From: Felis catus | Lineage: Eukaryota | Assembly: GCF_018350175.1 (NCBI RefSeq) | Contig: NC_058368.1 | Coordinates: 150,104,001 to 150,168,000 of the forward strand | Length of the DNA stretch: 64,000 nucleotides | Reading direction: 5' to 3' | In this document: positions 37,145 to 48,257 of the stretch, one piece after another | Layout: each line of letters starts with the position of its first letter | Numbering within the stretch: the first letter of the stretch is position 1 | Notes under the pieces: model-generated | What the model saw: the letters and a program-made list of their open reading frames with translations, nothing else | What the model was told of the DNA's origin: nothing | Databases searched by the model: none | Program-made: the position numbers and the translations under genes

Positions 37145-39832
37145 ACACAACTTACAACAAACAAAGTCCAGGACCAGATGGCTTCACAGGTAAATTCTAC
37201 CAAACATTTAAATAAGAGTTAATACCTATTCTTCTCAAACTACTTCAAAAAATAGAAGAGAAAGGAAAACTTTCATTCCATGAGGTCAGCATTACCCTGA
37301 TACCAAAACCAGATAAGGACACTAAAAAATTAGAACTATAGGCCAATATCTCTGATTAGCATAGATAGAAAAATTCTCAACAAAATATTAGGAAACAGAA
37401 TTCAACAACACATTAAAAAATCATTTATCACAGTGAAGTGGGATTTATTCCAGGGATGCAAGGGTGGTTCAACATTCACAAACTAACATGATACATCACA
37501 TTAATAAGTATAAAAACCATATGATTATTTCAGTAGATGCAAAAAAAGCATCTGACAAAGTACAACAACCATTCATGATAAAAACCCTCAACAAAGTAGG
37601 TTTACAGGAACATACCTCAATATAATAGACCATATATGAAAAACATATTTCACTGAAGATGGAAAAAAAAAAAACAAATCATCTTCAATGGGGAAAAACT
37701 GAGAGCTCTTCCCCTAAGGTCAGGAACAAGACAAGGATGTCTACTCTCACCACTTCTATTCAACATGGTACTGGAAGTCCTAGCCATAGTAATTACACAA
37801 GATATAAAAAAGAATCCAATTGGTAAGGAAGAAATAAAACTTTCACTATCTGGAGATGACATTGATACTATATATGTAGAAAATGCTAAAGACGCAACAA
37901 AAAAACTACTAGAACAGATAAATGAATTTAGTAAGGTTGCAGGATATAAAGTCAATATAGAGAAATCTGTTGCATTTCTATACACTAATGAAATGGCAGA
38001 AAGATAAATTAAGAAAACAATCCCATTTACAATTTCAGCAAACCTAGGAATAAACATAACCAAGGTGAAAGACCTATACTCAGAAAACTATAAAAAAGTG
38101 ATAAAATAAATTGAAGATGACACAAAGAAATGAATATTCCATGCTTGTTGAATTGCAAGAATCAATATTATTAAAATATCCATGCTACGCAAAGCAATCT
38201 ACAGATTTAATGCAATCCCTATCAAAATACCAGTAGCATTTTTCAAAGTACTAGAATAATCTTAAAATTTATATGAAACCATAAGAAAACCCCAAATAGC
38301 CAAAGCAATCTTGACAAAGAAGAACAAAACTGGAAGTACCACAATCCCAAATTTCAAGATATACTACAAAGCTGTAGTATTCAAAAACAGTATGGTACTG
38401 GCACAAGATAGATACATAGATCAATGGAACAGAATAGAGAACCTAGAAATAAACCAAGGATTATATGGTCAATTAATCTTTGACAAGGGAGGTAAGAATA
38501 TGTAATGGGAAAAAGACCATCTGTTAAACATTTGGTTGAGAAAACTGGAAAGCTACGGGCAAAAGAATGATAATGGACCAATTTCCTACACCCTATACAC
38601 ATACACAAAAATAAATTCAAAATGGATTAAAGACCTAAATGTGAGACGTGAAACCATAAAACACCTGGAAAGAGCATAGGCATTAGTTTTTCTGATACTG
38701 TCCATAGCAACATTTTTCTAGATATGTCTAGATATTATTCAGTCGTATAACAAAGAATGTCTCCTGAAGCAAGGGAAATAAAAGCAAAAATCAACTACTG
38801 GGACCACATCAACATAAAAAGCTTCTTCACAGCAAAGGAAACAATCAACATATCTAAATTGCAACCAGTGAATGGGAGAAGATTTTTGTAAATGACATAT
38901 CCAGTAAAGGGTTAGTATCCAAAATATATAAAGAACTGATACAACTCAACACCAAAATAAAGCCCCCCAAATAATCCAATTAAAAATGGGCAGAAGACAT
39001 GAACAGACATTTCTCCAAAGAAGACATAAAGATGGCCAATAGACACATGAAAAGATGCTCAACATCACACATCATCAGGGAAATGCAAATCAAAACCACA
39101 ATGAGATAGCACCTCACACCTGTCAGGGTGGTTAAAATCAGTAACATGAGAAACAAGTGTTGGCCAGTATGTGGAGAAAACGAAACGCTTGTGTGCTGTT
39201 GGTAGGAATGCAAACTGATACAACCACTGTGTAAGACAGTATGGAGGTTCCTCAAAAATTAAAAATAGAACTACTTTATGATCCAGTCTGATTATTTATT
39301 TAAAGAATACAAAAATACTAAGTCAAAAAGATAAACCCCTAGGTTACTGCAGCATTATTTACAATAACCAAAATATGGAAGCAGCCCAAGTTTCCATCGA
39401 TAAATGAACGGATAAAGAATATGTGGTATACACTCACTCACACACACACACGCGCGCGCATGCAGGAATATTATTCAGCTGCAAAAAAAAGAAAGAAAGA
39501 AAGAAAGAATGAACTCTTGCCATTTGCAATGACATGGATGGAATCAGAGAAAGACAAATACCATGTGATTTCACTTATGTGTGGAATTTAAGAAACAAAA
39601 CAGATGAATAAAAAAAGAGACAGACAAACCCAAAAACACAGACCTTACAGAAAACAAGCTGATGGTTACCAGAGGAGAGGTGGTAGGGGGACAGGTGAAA
39701 CAGATGAAGGGGAGTAAGAGTCCTCTTATTGCGATGAGCACTAAGTAGAGAATTGTTGAAGCACTGTATTTACACCTGAAACTAACACCGTACATTAATT
39801 ATACTGGCATTTTAAAAATACATTAATTTTTT
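33136..39832 (+). mobile_element. Full-length (~6.7 kb) inactive carnivore L1
   Basis: 5' end CTTCCAGGAAGATGG and a ~1.2-kb 5' UTR. ORF1 remnant 34362-35265, then a ~400-bp spacer. ORF2 from 35668 with EN motifs GDFN and SRIDH and the RT FADD motif changed to SGDD, then the 3' UTR. Many stops, frameshifts and microsatellites. Confidence 0.95.
37087..37148. repeat. Long (CA)n microsatellite in L1 ORF2; (GA)n also at 36831-36872
   Basis: Direct read. Confidence 0.95.
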
Positions 39833-39844
39833 AAGTGCAAATGT

Positions 39845-40730
39845 AATCTCTGAAGGGGAAGAATATAGTCACCACATATAATATTCAAAGAGCTTATGTA
39901 TCAAACATGTAAAAACATTTTCAAGTCATTAAGATAGATAATCCAATAGAACAATAGAAAATATATTTGAGCAGGAACTTTACAATAGAGGATATGTAAG
40001 TGACCAATAAACATATGAAAAGATGTTCAACATCATTAAGGAAAATTCAAGCTAAAACTAGAGTGTTGCACACCTCATATCACCAAAATGGCTAGGCTTA
40101 AAGGAAAAAGACTGATGTTACCAAAGAGCGGTGAGTCACTAAGTAAATGGAGGAATAGGAATTCTCATAATCTGTTGGAAAATGCAAATTTCTTTCAACA
40201 CATTGGGTATCTTTTAGGATTATCTTCTAAAATTGAATCTACAATGTGATCTTGCAATTTTATTTCCAGGTACATAAAAATGCACATACATATGCACCAA
40301 AAAAGGTGTACATCAATGTTTGTGGCAACATTATTCCTAATACCTAAGAACTGGAAACAATCCATAAATCCCAATAACAGTAGACTGGATAAATAGGTTG
40401 TGTGCATTTGTATAAGGGACCACCAAAAGGGAAACAAAAAGTAAGGTATTTTAGTTATATTCACCCATGAATACATTTCACAAGCATAATTTGGGGTAAA
40501 AGAAACCAGAAATAAAATAAAATGCATTCTAAGATTTTAACTGTATACAATTTTTAAAATATTCAATACTAAACAGCGTTTAGAGACACAGGTGTTAATT
40601 TTGAAGGGGCATGAGGATATTTCTGAGTGCTGGCAGTGTTCTGTTACTTGATCTATTTCAGTGTTCTAAACTGGATGTTCACTTCATGTTATTTCCCTGA
40701 GATACATGTGTTTCTATATGTGTCATATAG
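39845..40730 (+). mobile_element. Ancient L1 (L1ME-like) 3' fragment, probable continuation of the 32265-33120 host
   Basis: CCAATAAACATATGAAAAGATGTTCAACATCATTA...AACTGGAAACAATCCATAAATCC...GGGGCATGAGG..TTCTGAGTGCTGGCAGTGTTCTG. Same strand as, and downstream of, the left fragment. Confidence 0.75.
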
Positions 40731-42110
40731 TACTATAGAATATTTTTTCAACATACAGGTTACTGTTTTTCTCAATCACATAATTTAGGATGTTTGCAAC
40801 ACTGGAAATAATTGTGTGATTGTACATGTTCCTGTCAGAAAGATACACTAGGATTAACTGCTGGTGAATGTTCTTTACAAGGAAGACTACAGTTTGCCCC
40901 TGATTTAGCTTCCTCTAAATACACAAGAGGGGTGTTTTGGCCTTTCCCCTGTAAAAGTAGGTCACAATGTCAAGACATGCAATATATTTTGAATCTATAC
41001 AAGACTTTTCTTCCTGCTGTGCTTAATTTCTGAATCCAATGCTGTCATAAAAACAGATGCAGTGTGATGCTCAGTGTAAAGACCAAGTCAGATTTTCATC
41101 AGCACTACATGGCCTCAACTGTAAATTGGTCCTGCATACTCGCTCAGGCAGATGAACCACATATTTTTAAAAGGTTTTATTTTAAAGATTGGAAAATAAA
41201 AACCAAAGTGCCCCTTAAAATTAAGAGAAGAATTTTTTCCCCACCAAAGGAAAGTAGAGGTGAGTGGGTTTTTTGTTTGTTATCAGAATTTATCTCTATT
41301 TTGTGTAAGAATATTTATGGTGTTGTGGAAAATAGTATTTACTAACCTTGGCCTTTTTAAAAGCTCATAATAGGTCTGTTAGCTATTTTGAGTCTGATTT
41401 GAAACTAAGTTGACTGGATTCATGATTTAATGGAAAATATCAAATTTTTTAAAAAAAAATTTCTAGTAATTACAAATGAACGAAAATGAGCCTTCCTTAT
41501 ATACCTAAAATGCTAATTTACGAGACAGACAAGATCCGTATCTTTTCTCTTTTCATTGACTATGCAATCCCTCTCTCTCTTTCTCAAATAAACATCAAAA
41601 AACTTATGAGAAACTTCTCAATTCTTCTTCAGAGTAGCTATACCGTTCTGCACTCTCACCATCAATGTGTGAGTGTTCCAGTGGCTCTACATCCTCACCA
41701 GCACTTGGTTGTGTCAGTTTTTAATTTGAGCCATTTAAATAGGGGACCAATGGTGTCCAAATGTGATTTGAATTTGCATTTCCCTAACAGCAAATATGAA
41801 GCCTCTTTTCGAGTGATAATTTGCTATCCAGAGACAGTCTTTTGTGAAGTATGTGTTCAAATATTTTATCCATTTTTTATTAATAAGAATTGAGTTTTAA
41901 GAATCCTTTCAATACAAGTTCTTTAGCTCTTTTCCAATGCTTGCTGTCTGTAGCTTCTCAATCCATTCTCTTAATGTCTTTCACAAAACACAGGTTTAAT
42001 TTTGATGAAGTTCAATTGATCATATTTTTCTCTTATGAATTGAACTTTCAAGGTCAGATCGGAGACTTCTTTCCTAAAGCTATATCATTAAGATTTCACT
42101 CCAATTTCCT

Positions 42111-42315
42111 GGGTGCCTGAGTGGCTCAGTCGGTTAAGTGTCCAATTCAGCTCAGGTCATAATCTCACAGTTTGTGGGTTCGAGTCCCACATCAGGCTCT
42201 GTCCTGACAGCTTAGAGCCCGGAGCCTGTTTCAGATTCTGTGTCTCCTCTCTCTGCCCCTCCCTTGCTAACTATTTCTCTCACTTTCTCAAAAATAAGTA
42301 AAAAGGGTTAAAAAA
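42111..42315 (+). mobile_element. Can-SINE in the old L1
   Basis: GGGTGCCTGAGTGGCTCAGTCGGTTAAG head, body and tail. Confidence 0.92.
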
Positions 42316-43006
42316 TGGTTTTATTCCACGTTCTACAGTTTTAGATTTTGTATTTTTCATTTAGCTCACTGATCTACTGAGTTTGCTTTGCAGAAGATGA
42401 GAAGTTTAGGATGATATTTTGCTTTGGGTTTTTGTTTGGCCAATGGAGGACTAATTGTTCACACCATATGAAGAGACTATTCTTTACCCATTTAATTACC
42501 TTTGCACATTTGCCAGAAATATCTGGTCATATTGGCATGGGTTTAAATCTAGACTCTCTCTGCTGCTTCATTGATCAATGTGTCTACCCCTTCACCAAAA
42601 CCAGTGTGTGAATTATTATAGTATCATAATAAGTCTTAAAATTGAGTACTCTGATTCTTTCAACTTTGTTTTTCAAAATTGTTTTAGTTATTCTAATTCC
42701 TTTTCTTATTCATCTGTAATTTAGAATTGGCTGATCTATATCTACAATAATTTCTACTGAGGTTCCCACTAAAACTGAATCATATCCATAGATCAATTTG
42801 GGGAGAATTTACATCTTTACTATGCTAAGTCTTCCAATTTATGAACAGGGTATGTCTCCCCATTTTTAAAACGATTTCTTAAAATTTTTCATCAGCATTT
42901 AAATGTTTTCAACATATAGATTCTTTACTTATTTTGTTAGATTGTTAGATTTATACTCTAACTTATTTTAAATTGCTGCTCCAAAAAAAATTATTGCAAA
43001 CTTAGT

Positions 43007-43167
43007 GGAGGGAGGCACAGAAAGAGAGGGAGACACAGAATCAGAAGCAGGCTCCAGGCTCTGGGCTGTTAGCACAGAGCCCAACGTGGGGCTTGAACTC
43101 ACAAACCGTGAAATCATGACCTGAGCCGAAGTCAGCTGCTCAAACGACTGAGCCACCCAGGTGCCCT
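43007..43167 (-). mobile_element. Can-SINE lacking its tail
   Basis: Head and most of the body are present. The T-rich tail is absent on the left. Confidence 0.9.
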
Positions 43168-43889
43168 GATAATATTTGCTATTAAATATTGAGTAAGAGT
43201 GATGACAGTGGACACCATTGCCTTGTTTATAATCTTAAAAGGATGTGTTCAGTCTTTCACCACTAACTATGAGGCTGGTTATGAATTTATTTGGAGATTC
43301 TCTTTGCCAGATTAAGGGAATTACTTTCTATTCCTAGTTTTCTCTGGCTTATGAAGAGATGTTGAATTTTTTTCAAATGCTATTGAGCATCATTGAATGT
43401 GATCACATAATTTATGTTCTTAGTCTGTTAATATGATAGACTAAATCAACTTACTCAAATATTGAGCCAACCTTGAGAATTTTTTTGTGCATTTGTGAGA
43501 AGTATTATAGTTATGCTTTGTTCTGTTTTTGTCTGGTGTTGGCATCAGAATAGCACTGACTTCACCAAATGAGTTGGCAAGTGCTCATACTTCTTTTACT
43601 TTCTGAAAGTAATTGTATAGGATTTGTTACTTTCTGTTCTTTTTCTTCTTCAAGTACAATTTGGGTTTGGAAAGATGTTCTCCCCCTGAAATTTCTATAC
43701 ATATGACAAATCCAGTCATTTATTTCTTTATGTATAAATGTTTACAGTTTGTGGCTTTCAAGGAATTGGTTTATGTCATTTGTCAAGTTTATGTGCATAG
43801 AACTATTCGTAGTATTCCCTTGTAACTCTTTTAATCATTTTGGAATATGAATTCTTATGCATCTTTCTTTCCTGATTTTGGTCATTTGT

Positions 43890-43892
<3 letters not shown>

Positions 43893-43954
<62 letters not shown>
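43893..43954. repeat. Compound (CT)n(GT)n microsatellite
   Basis: Direct read. Confidence 0.95.
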
Positions 43955-43955
<1 letters not shown>

Positions 43956-44601
43956 CCTTTGTTAGTCTAGGTGCAGGTTTATCAATTAGATCTTTTCTAA
44001 GATCTTTTCCAAATTGTTTTGTTTCTTAAAATGAGAGCTTAGACTGTGGCTTGAAACCTTTCTAATAGTCAACATTTAATGCTATAAATTTCCATCTCAT
44101 CACTGTTTTAGCTGCATCCCACTAACTTTCATGTGTTGTATTTTCATATTTTTATAGTTCAGAATGTTGTTTTTTCACCTTCTGAATATATACAAATATG
44201 CTAAGTTTTAAGTACTTAATTTAGCAATTCTTTTGGATTATATGTCCTTACAACAAATTCTTATTTTTTTTTTAAATCTGAAAATGCATTCACTTCACCC
44301 TCATTCCTGAGTGGTATTTTCACTGGATATAGAATTCCGAGTTTATAGTTCTATTTCGGTACTTTAAAATGTTACTCTGTTTCTAGTGTTCATGGGTTAT
44401 GATACAAAATCTATAATCTCAATAGGTCATTTTCATATGGCTGCTTTCAAGAATTTTTGCCCTTAGGTTTCAGTATTTTGCTTATAACGTACATTTAATA
44501 CATTCCTTTGGCGGTATAATCTTTGTTATTTGCTGAGCATTTTCAAACCCTACATTTACATTTTTCACCAAATTTGGCAAGTTTTCAGTCATTATATTTT
44601 T

Positions 44602-44976
44602 GTTGTGTTGGTACATAAATTAACCCATTTATTCTAAGGTAGCAATGTTTCCAATGGTGGAGCTTCTCCTGGTCTTTCATCTCCTTCAGTCTTTTGATGG
44701 CAGACTTTACTGTGATGGCAGAAGTGGTGTTGCAGGTCCAGGCAATACCTGCTACCATTTTCATGCAGTAACCTCAATGCCAGATGCCCATCTCCCCCTT
44801 TTTGTCTTGGTTTTGTCACAGAAAGAGCAAGTGTACTTGGTGTGCTAGCTTTATTCAATCTTCTTCACCATTTTCCCAGTCAGGCACCATAACAGGTCCC
44901 ATATTTACTGACGATTCTGACTTTCTTGGTGCATTTAGCCATGTCCGTGCATACTAGGTCTGAACCCAGAGAGGAA
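44602..44976 (-). pseudogene. RPL37A: Processed pseudogene of 60S ribosomal protein L37a (eL43)
   Basis: Minus strand from ATG at 44942: MAKCTKKVRIVSKYGTCYGA* / KMVKKIE..HTKYTCSFCDKTK / [39 protein letters not shown], with stops and frameshifts. Intronless, with a pyrimidine 5' end, AATAAA at 44628-44633 and a decayed A tail. 16-bp TSD at 44586-44601 and 44977-44992. Confidence 0.96.
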
Positions 44977-46329
44977 CAGCTATTATATTTTTAAACGTTT
45001 TGTTCTGTACGCTCTTTCTGTACATCTGTAAATATAGTATTAGACCTTCTAAAAATGTTTTGCCAGTGATCCCTGAATCTATTTTTCTGTCATTCAGATT
45101 GGATCATTGCTATTGATCTATATTCAAGTTCACTGATCTTTCTCCTCTTATCTTCATTGTGCTGTTGAACCAATCCAAGGAAATTACCTTGCTTATTTTG
45201 TTTTCAGTTCTAATATTTCCACTTGTTTTTATCTCCATTTTTATTTCTCTGTTAATACTGTCTTTCCATAAGTTATACATGTGTTTGACCCTCACTTTCA
45301 AGAACATGGTTTTAATAGCTTTTTTCTTTAATATCTATGATTCCCCTGTCTTATCTTTGTGTACACACTAACATATTTGCATATTACAAGGAAAAAATAA
45401 TTCTCTACAAGATCTCAGCTCTTTTGAATATCATGTTATGAAACTTGGAGTCTTGTTTAAATCCTATACAAAATGTTGATTATTTCCACATTTTTTGTTG
45501 TGGCTTCAATGTCTGTTTTCAAAACCTCTGCAGTGCCATTCCCTGCATGTCCACTGTCCAGTGGCCAGTCTAGGACCTGGGGCATGCCTCACCTACAGTC
45601 AGTTCTCAAAGCTTTGTGTATACTATTAAGTGTGATGTCCATGCATGTGCAGTTCAGGAGTGAACCCAGGGATTCATACAGTTTTGTGGGATTGTTTCCC
45701 GGAGCTCACTCCTTTCTACTATCTCTCCAACCCTCTGCAGTTCCCAGAAGCCCTCTCTTCCTGATTCTTTGGCTGTAAAGCTGGAGTTTTGGTTCCATGG
45801 CTCTGCTATGTACTTCCCATTATTATAGATGCCTGCAGGGCAAAGTGGTAAAAAGAACAGAGCGGGAAAAAAAGGCAGAGGAGATTCTCCCTAGGCTGTT
45901 ACAACCACTGGACCTCCCGAAGAGGTTTGTACATTCAAGTTTTACACATTTGCCCAACTATCACTGCTGTTTTCACTACTGCCACTGTGGGGGTGACCCG
46001 GAGGGGGGGTGGGGATAGGATGGAAGAAAGGAACTGAAAAACAAAATTAAAGGCATAAAATTACTCTTTTGACACATAGGAGCCCACTTTCCCAATCCTC
46101 ATAAAGTAAATAGACTCTGTTGGAGCTCTTTCTGTCTGTACTTGATGTGCTGTGTTGGGTTTCAGGCTACAATTCATTCAGGGTAGAAAATTCAAAAAGG
46201 GAAATAACATTTATTTTTCAGTTCTCAGCCATCCCATGCCTTCTGTCCAGAAATGTTGGTTGCATTCATTTGCTAAAACAAGGGTAGAAGATGCTTATTC
46301 CATCTTGACAAGAGAAGTATTTCTACTTT

Positions 46330-47260
46330 TTAAAAATAATTTTAAAAATTTAATTGTGGAAAGAAACCTTACAGTTTATCGTATTAACCATTTTTAATTG
46401 TACAGTTTGATAGTGTTAAGCATATTCACTTTGTTGTTTAATAGATCCCCAGAACTTTCTCATCTTGCAAAACTAACACTCTCTGAGCATTGAACAACAC
46501 CTCATTTCTCCCTTCCCTCCAGTCACTATTCTGCTTTTTGTTTCTATGTTTGACTCCTTTAGGTACTTCACCCAACTGGAATCACACAGTATAGGTCTTT
46601 TTGTAACCGGTTCCTTTCATTGAACATATTCTCTTCAAAGTTTACCCATGTTTCAGCACATGACAAAAATTCCTTCTTTTAAGTCTGAGTAATATTCCAT
46701 TATATATATATATATGCCACATTTTTGTTCAGTTCATCCACTGATAGAAGTTGCATTGCTTTCACCTCTTGGCTATTGTGAACAATGCTATTATGAACCT
46801 GTTATGAACATGGGTATGCTAATCACTTTGAGACTCTGCCTTCAGTTTTTTGGGTGCACATACCCACAAGTGAGATTACTGTATCACATGGTAATTCTAA
46901 TTTTTTGAGAAATCCCAATACTGTTATCCATAGTTGTACCATTTTACATTTCCACTAACAATGCACAAGACTTCTAACTTCTCCTTATCACCAAAACCTT
47001 TTAACTTTTTTATATAGTAGCCATTCTAACAGTGATGAGCTCATGTGGCTTTGATTTGCATTTTTCTAATAATGATGTTGAACATCTTTTCAGGTGCTTG
47101 TTACCCATTTATGTATCATCTTTGGAGAAATGTCCACTCAATCTCTTGACCAGTTTTTAATTGGAGTTATTTATTTTTTGTTGAGCTGTAGGAGTTCTTT
47201 ATTCTGATTAGTTTCTTAGAAGATATATAACTTATAAATATTTTCTCCCATTCCATATGC
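46330..47260 (-). mobile_element. L1MA/L1MB-type 3' end
   Basis: TTAACCATTTTTAATTGTACAGTT...CCAGAACTTTCTCATCTTGCAAAACT...GTAATATTCCATT...TCTTTGGAGAAATGTC. Confidence 0.88.
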
Positions 47261-48060
47261 AGACCTCCATTTTCTTTTAGCTTCCAGTATCACTATTGAT
47301 CAAGAGGTCTGCCCTCTTGATCCTTTGTATGAAACCTTTTCCGCCCACCTCTGAAAACTCTTAGGATGTTCTCTTTTCTCTCAGTTATTCAAAATTTCAT
47401 AATGTAAATTGGCATGTATGTATTCTACTCCATTTTTATGACCCATTTTCATTTAGAAAGGTCTTTCCTTCAGTTCTTGGAAAAATACTTCAATTCACTC
47501 AATAAAGATTTCTTCCTTTCAATTTTTGGTTTCTCTGTCTCCTTTTGTTCTAATATCTAGGCTTATTTGAGAACCTATATAAGTTGATATTTGACATTAC
47601 TGTTATTTGAACTTATATACTTTTAGTTGTACATTTATAATATTCCAGATTCCACTTATCCCTGTTTTTTTTAACTATTGAATTAGAAATTTCATTCTTT
47701 AATTCTTGTTATTGTTCTGAAATTTGTACATTTCTGTATCTTTCATTGTGATTTAGGCTTAAGGTCTTATTTTCTTTATCTCTGTGAATGTTAGAACCCC
47801 ATATCGACTCTCTTTAGTCTATATTCACTATCTAACACTTTGTGGCTACCTAATGCTTATTGCTATCCTTTGACTTTGAACCATTTGTGACCAAAAGAAC
47901 ATTTGTTAGTGGGTCTGTTTGTCTGTATTTATCCAGCATTTCTATTTCTACCAACTAGGGTCATATTGCAGAGTTCAATCTGTTATGTTGCTTTACAGAG
48001 TAGTCTACCCATAGCAATTGTCATCGAATATAAAAATATGTTCATACATACATGTAGGTA

Positions 48061-48257
48061 TTTTTTTAAATTTTTTAAAATGCTTGTTGTTGAGAGACAG
48101 ACAGAGCACACATGGGGGAGGAGCAGAGAGAGAGAGCCACAGAATCTGAAGCAGCCTCCAGGCTCTGTCAGCACAGAGCCCCACGCAGGGCTTGAACCCA
48201 TAAACCATGAGATCATGACCTAAGACAAAGTTGGAGGCTTAACCAAATGAACCACAC
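48061..48257 (-). mobile_element. Older Can-SINE, 5' end truncated
   Basis: CAGAATCTGAAGCAG..CCAGGCTCTG..GAGATCATGACCT body. Confidence 0.9.

Larger units (their letters stand above)
41605..46310 (-). mobile_element. Old, fragmented antisense L1 (ORF2 through ORF1 and 5' region) hosting several insertions
   Basis: Antisense L1 hallmarks: CATCCTCACCAGCACTTG, GATCAATTTGGGGAGAATT, TTCAGTCTTTCACCACTAA, GCTATAAATTTCC, TCACCAAATTTGGCAAGTTTTCAG, TTCAAGTTCACTGAT. Large internal deletions. Confidence 0.8.

Noticed and set aside
35668..39430. Active L1 ORF2
   Set aside because: Many stops and frameshifts, inserted microsatellites, and an altered RT motif (SGDD).
44634..44858. ORF MNKASTPST...ETLLP as a novel protein
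   Set aside because: It is an out-of-frame reading of the RPL37A processed pseudogene.
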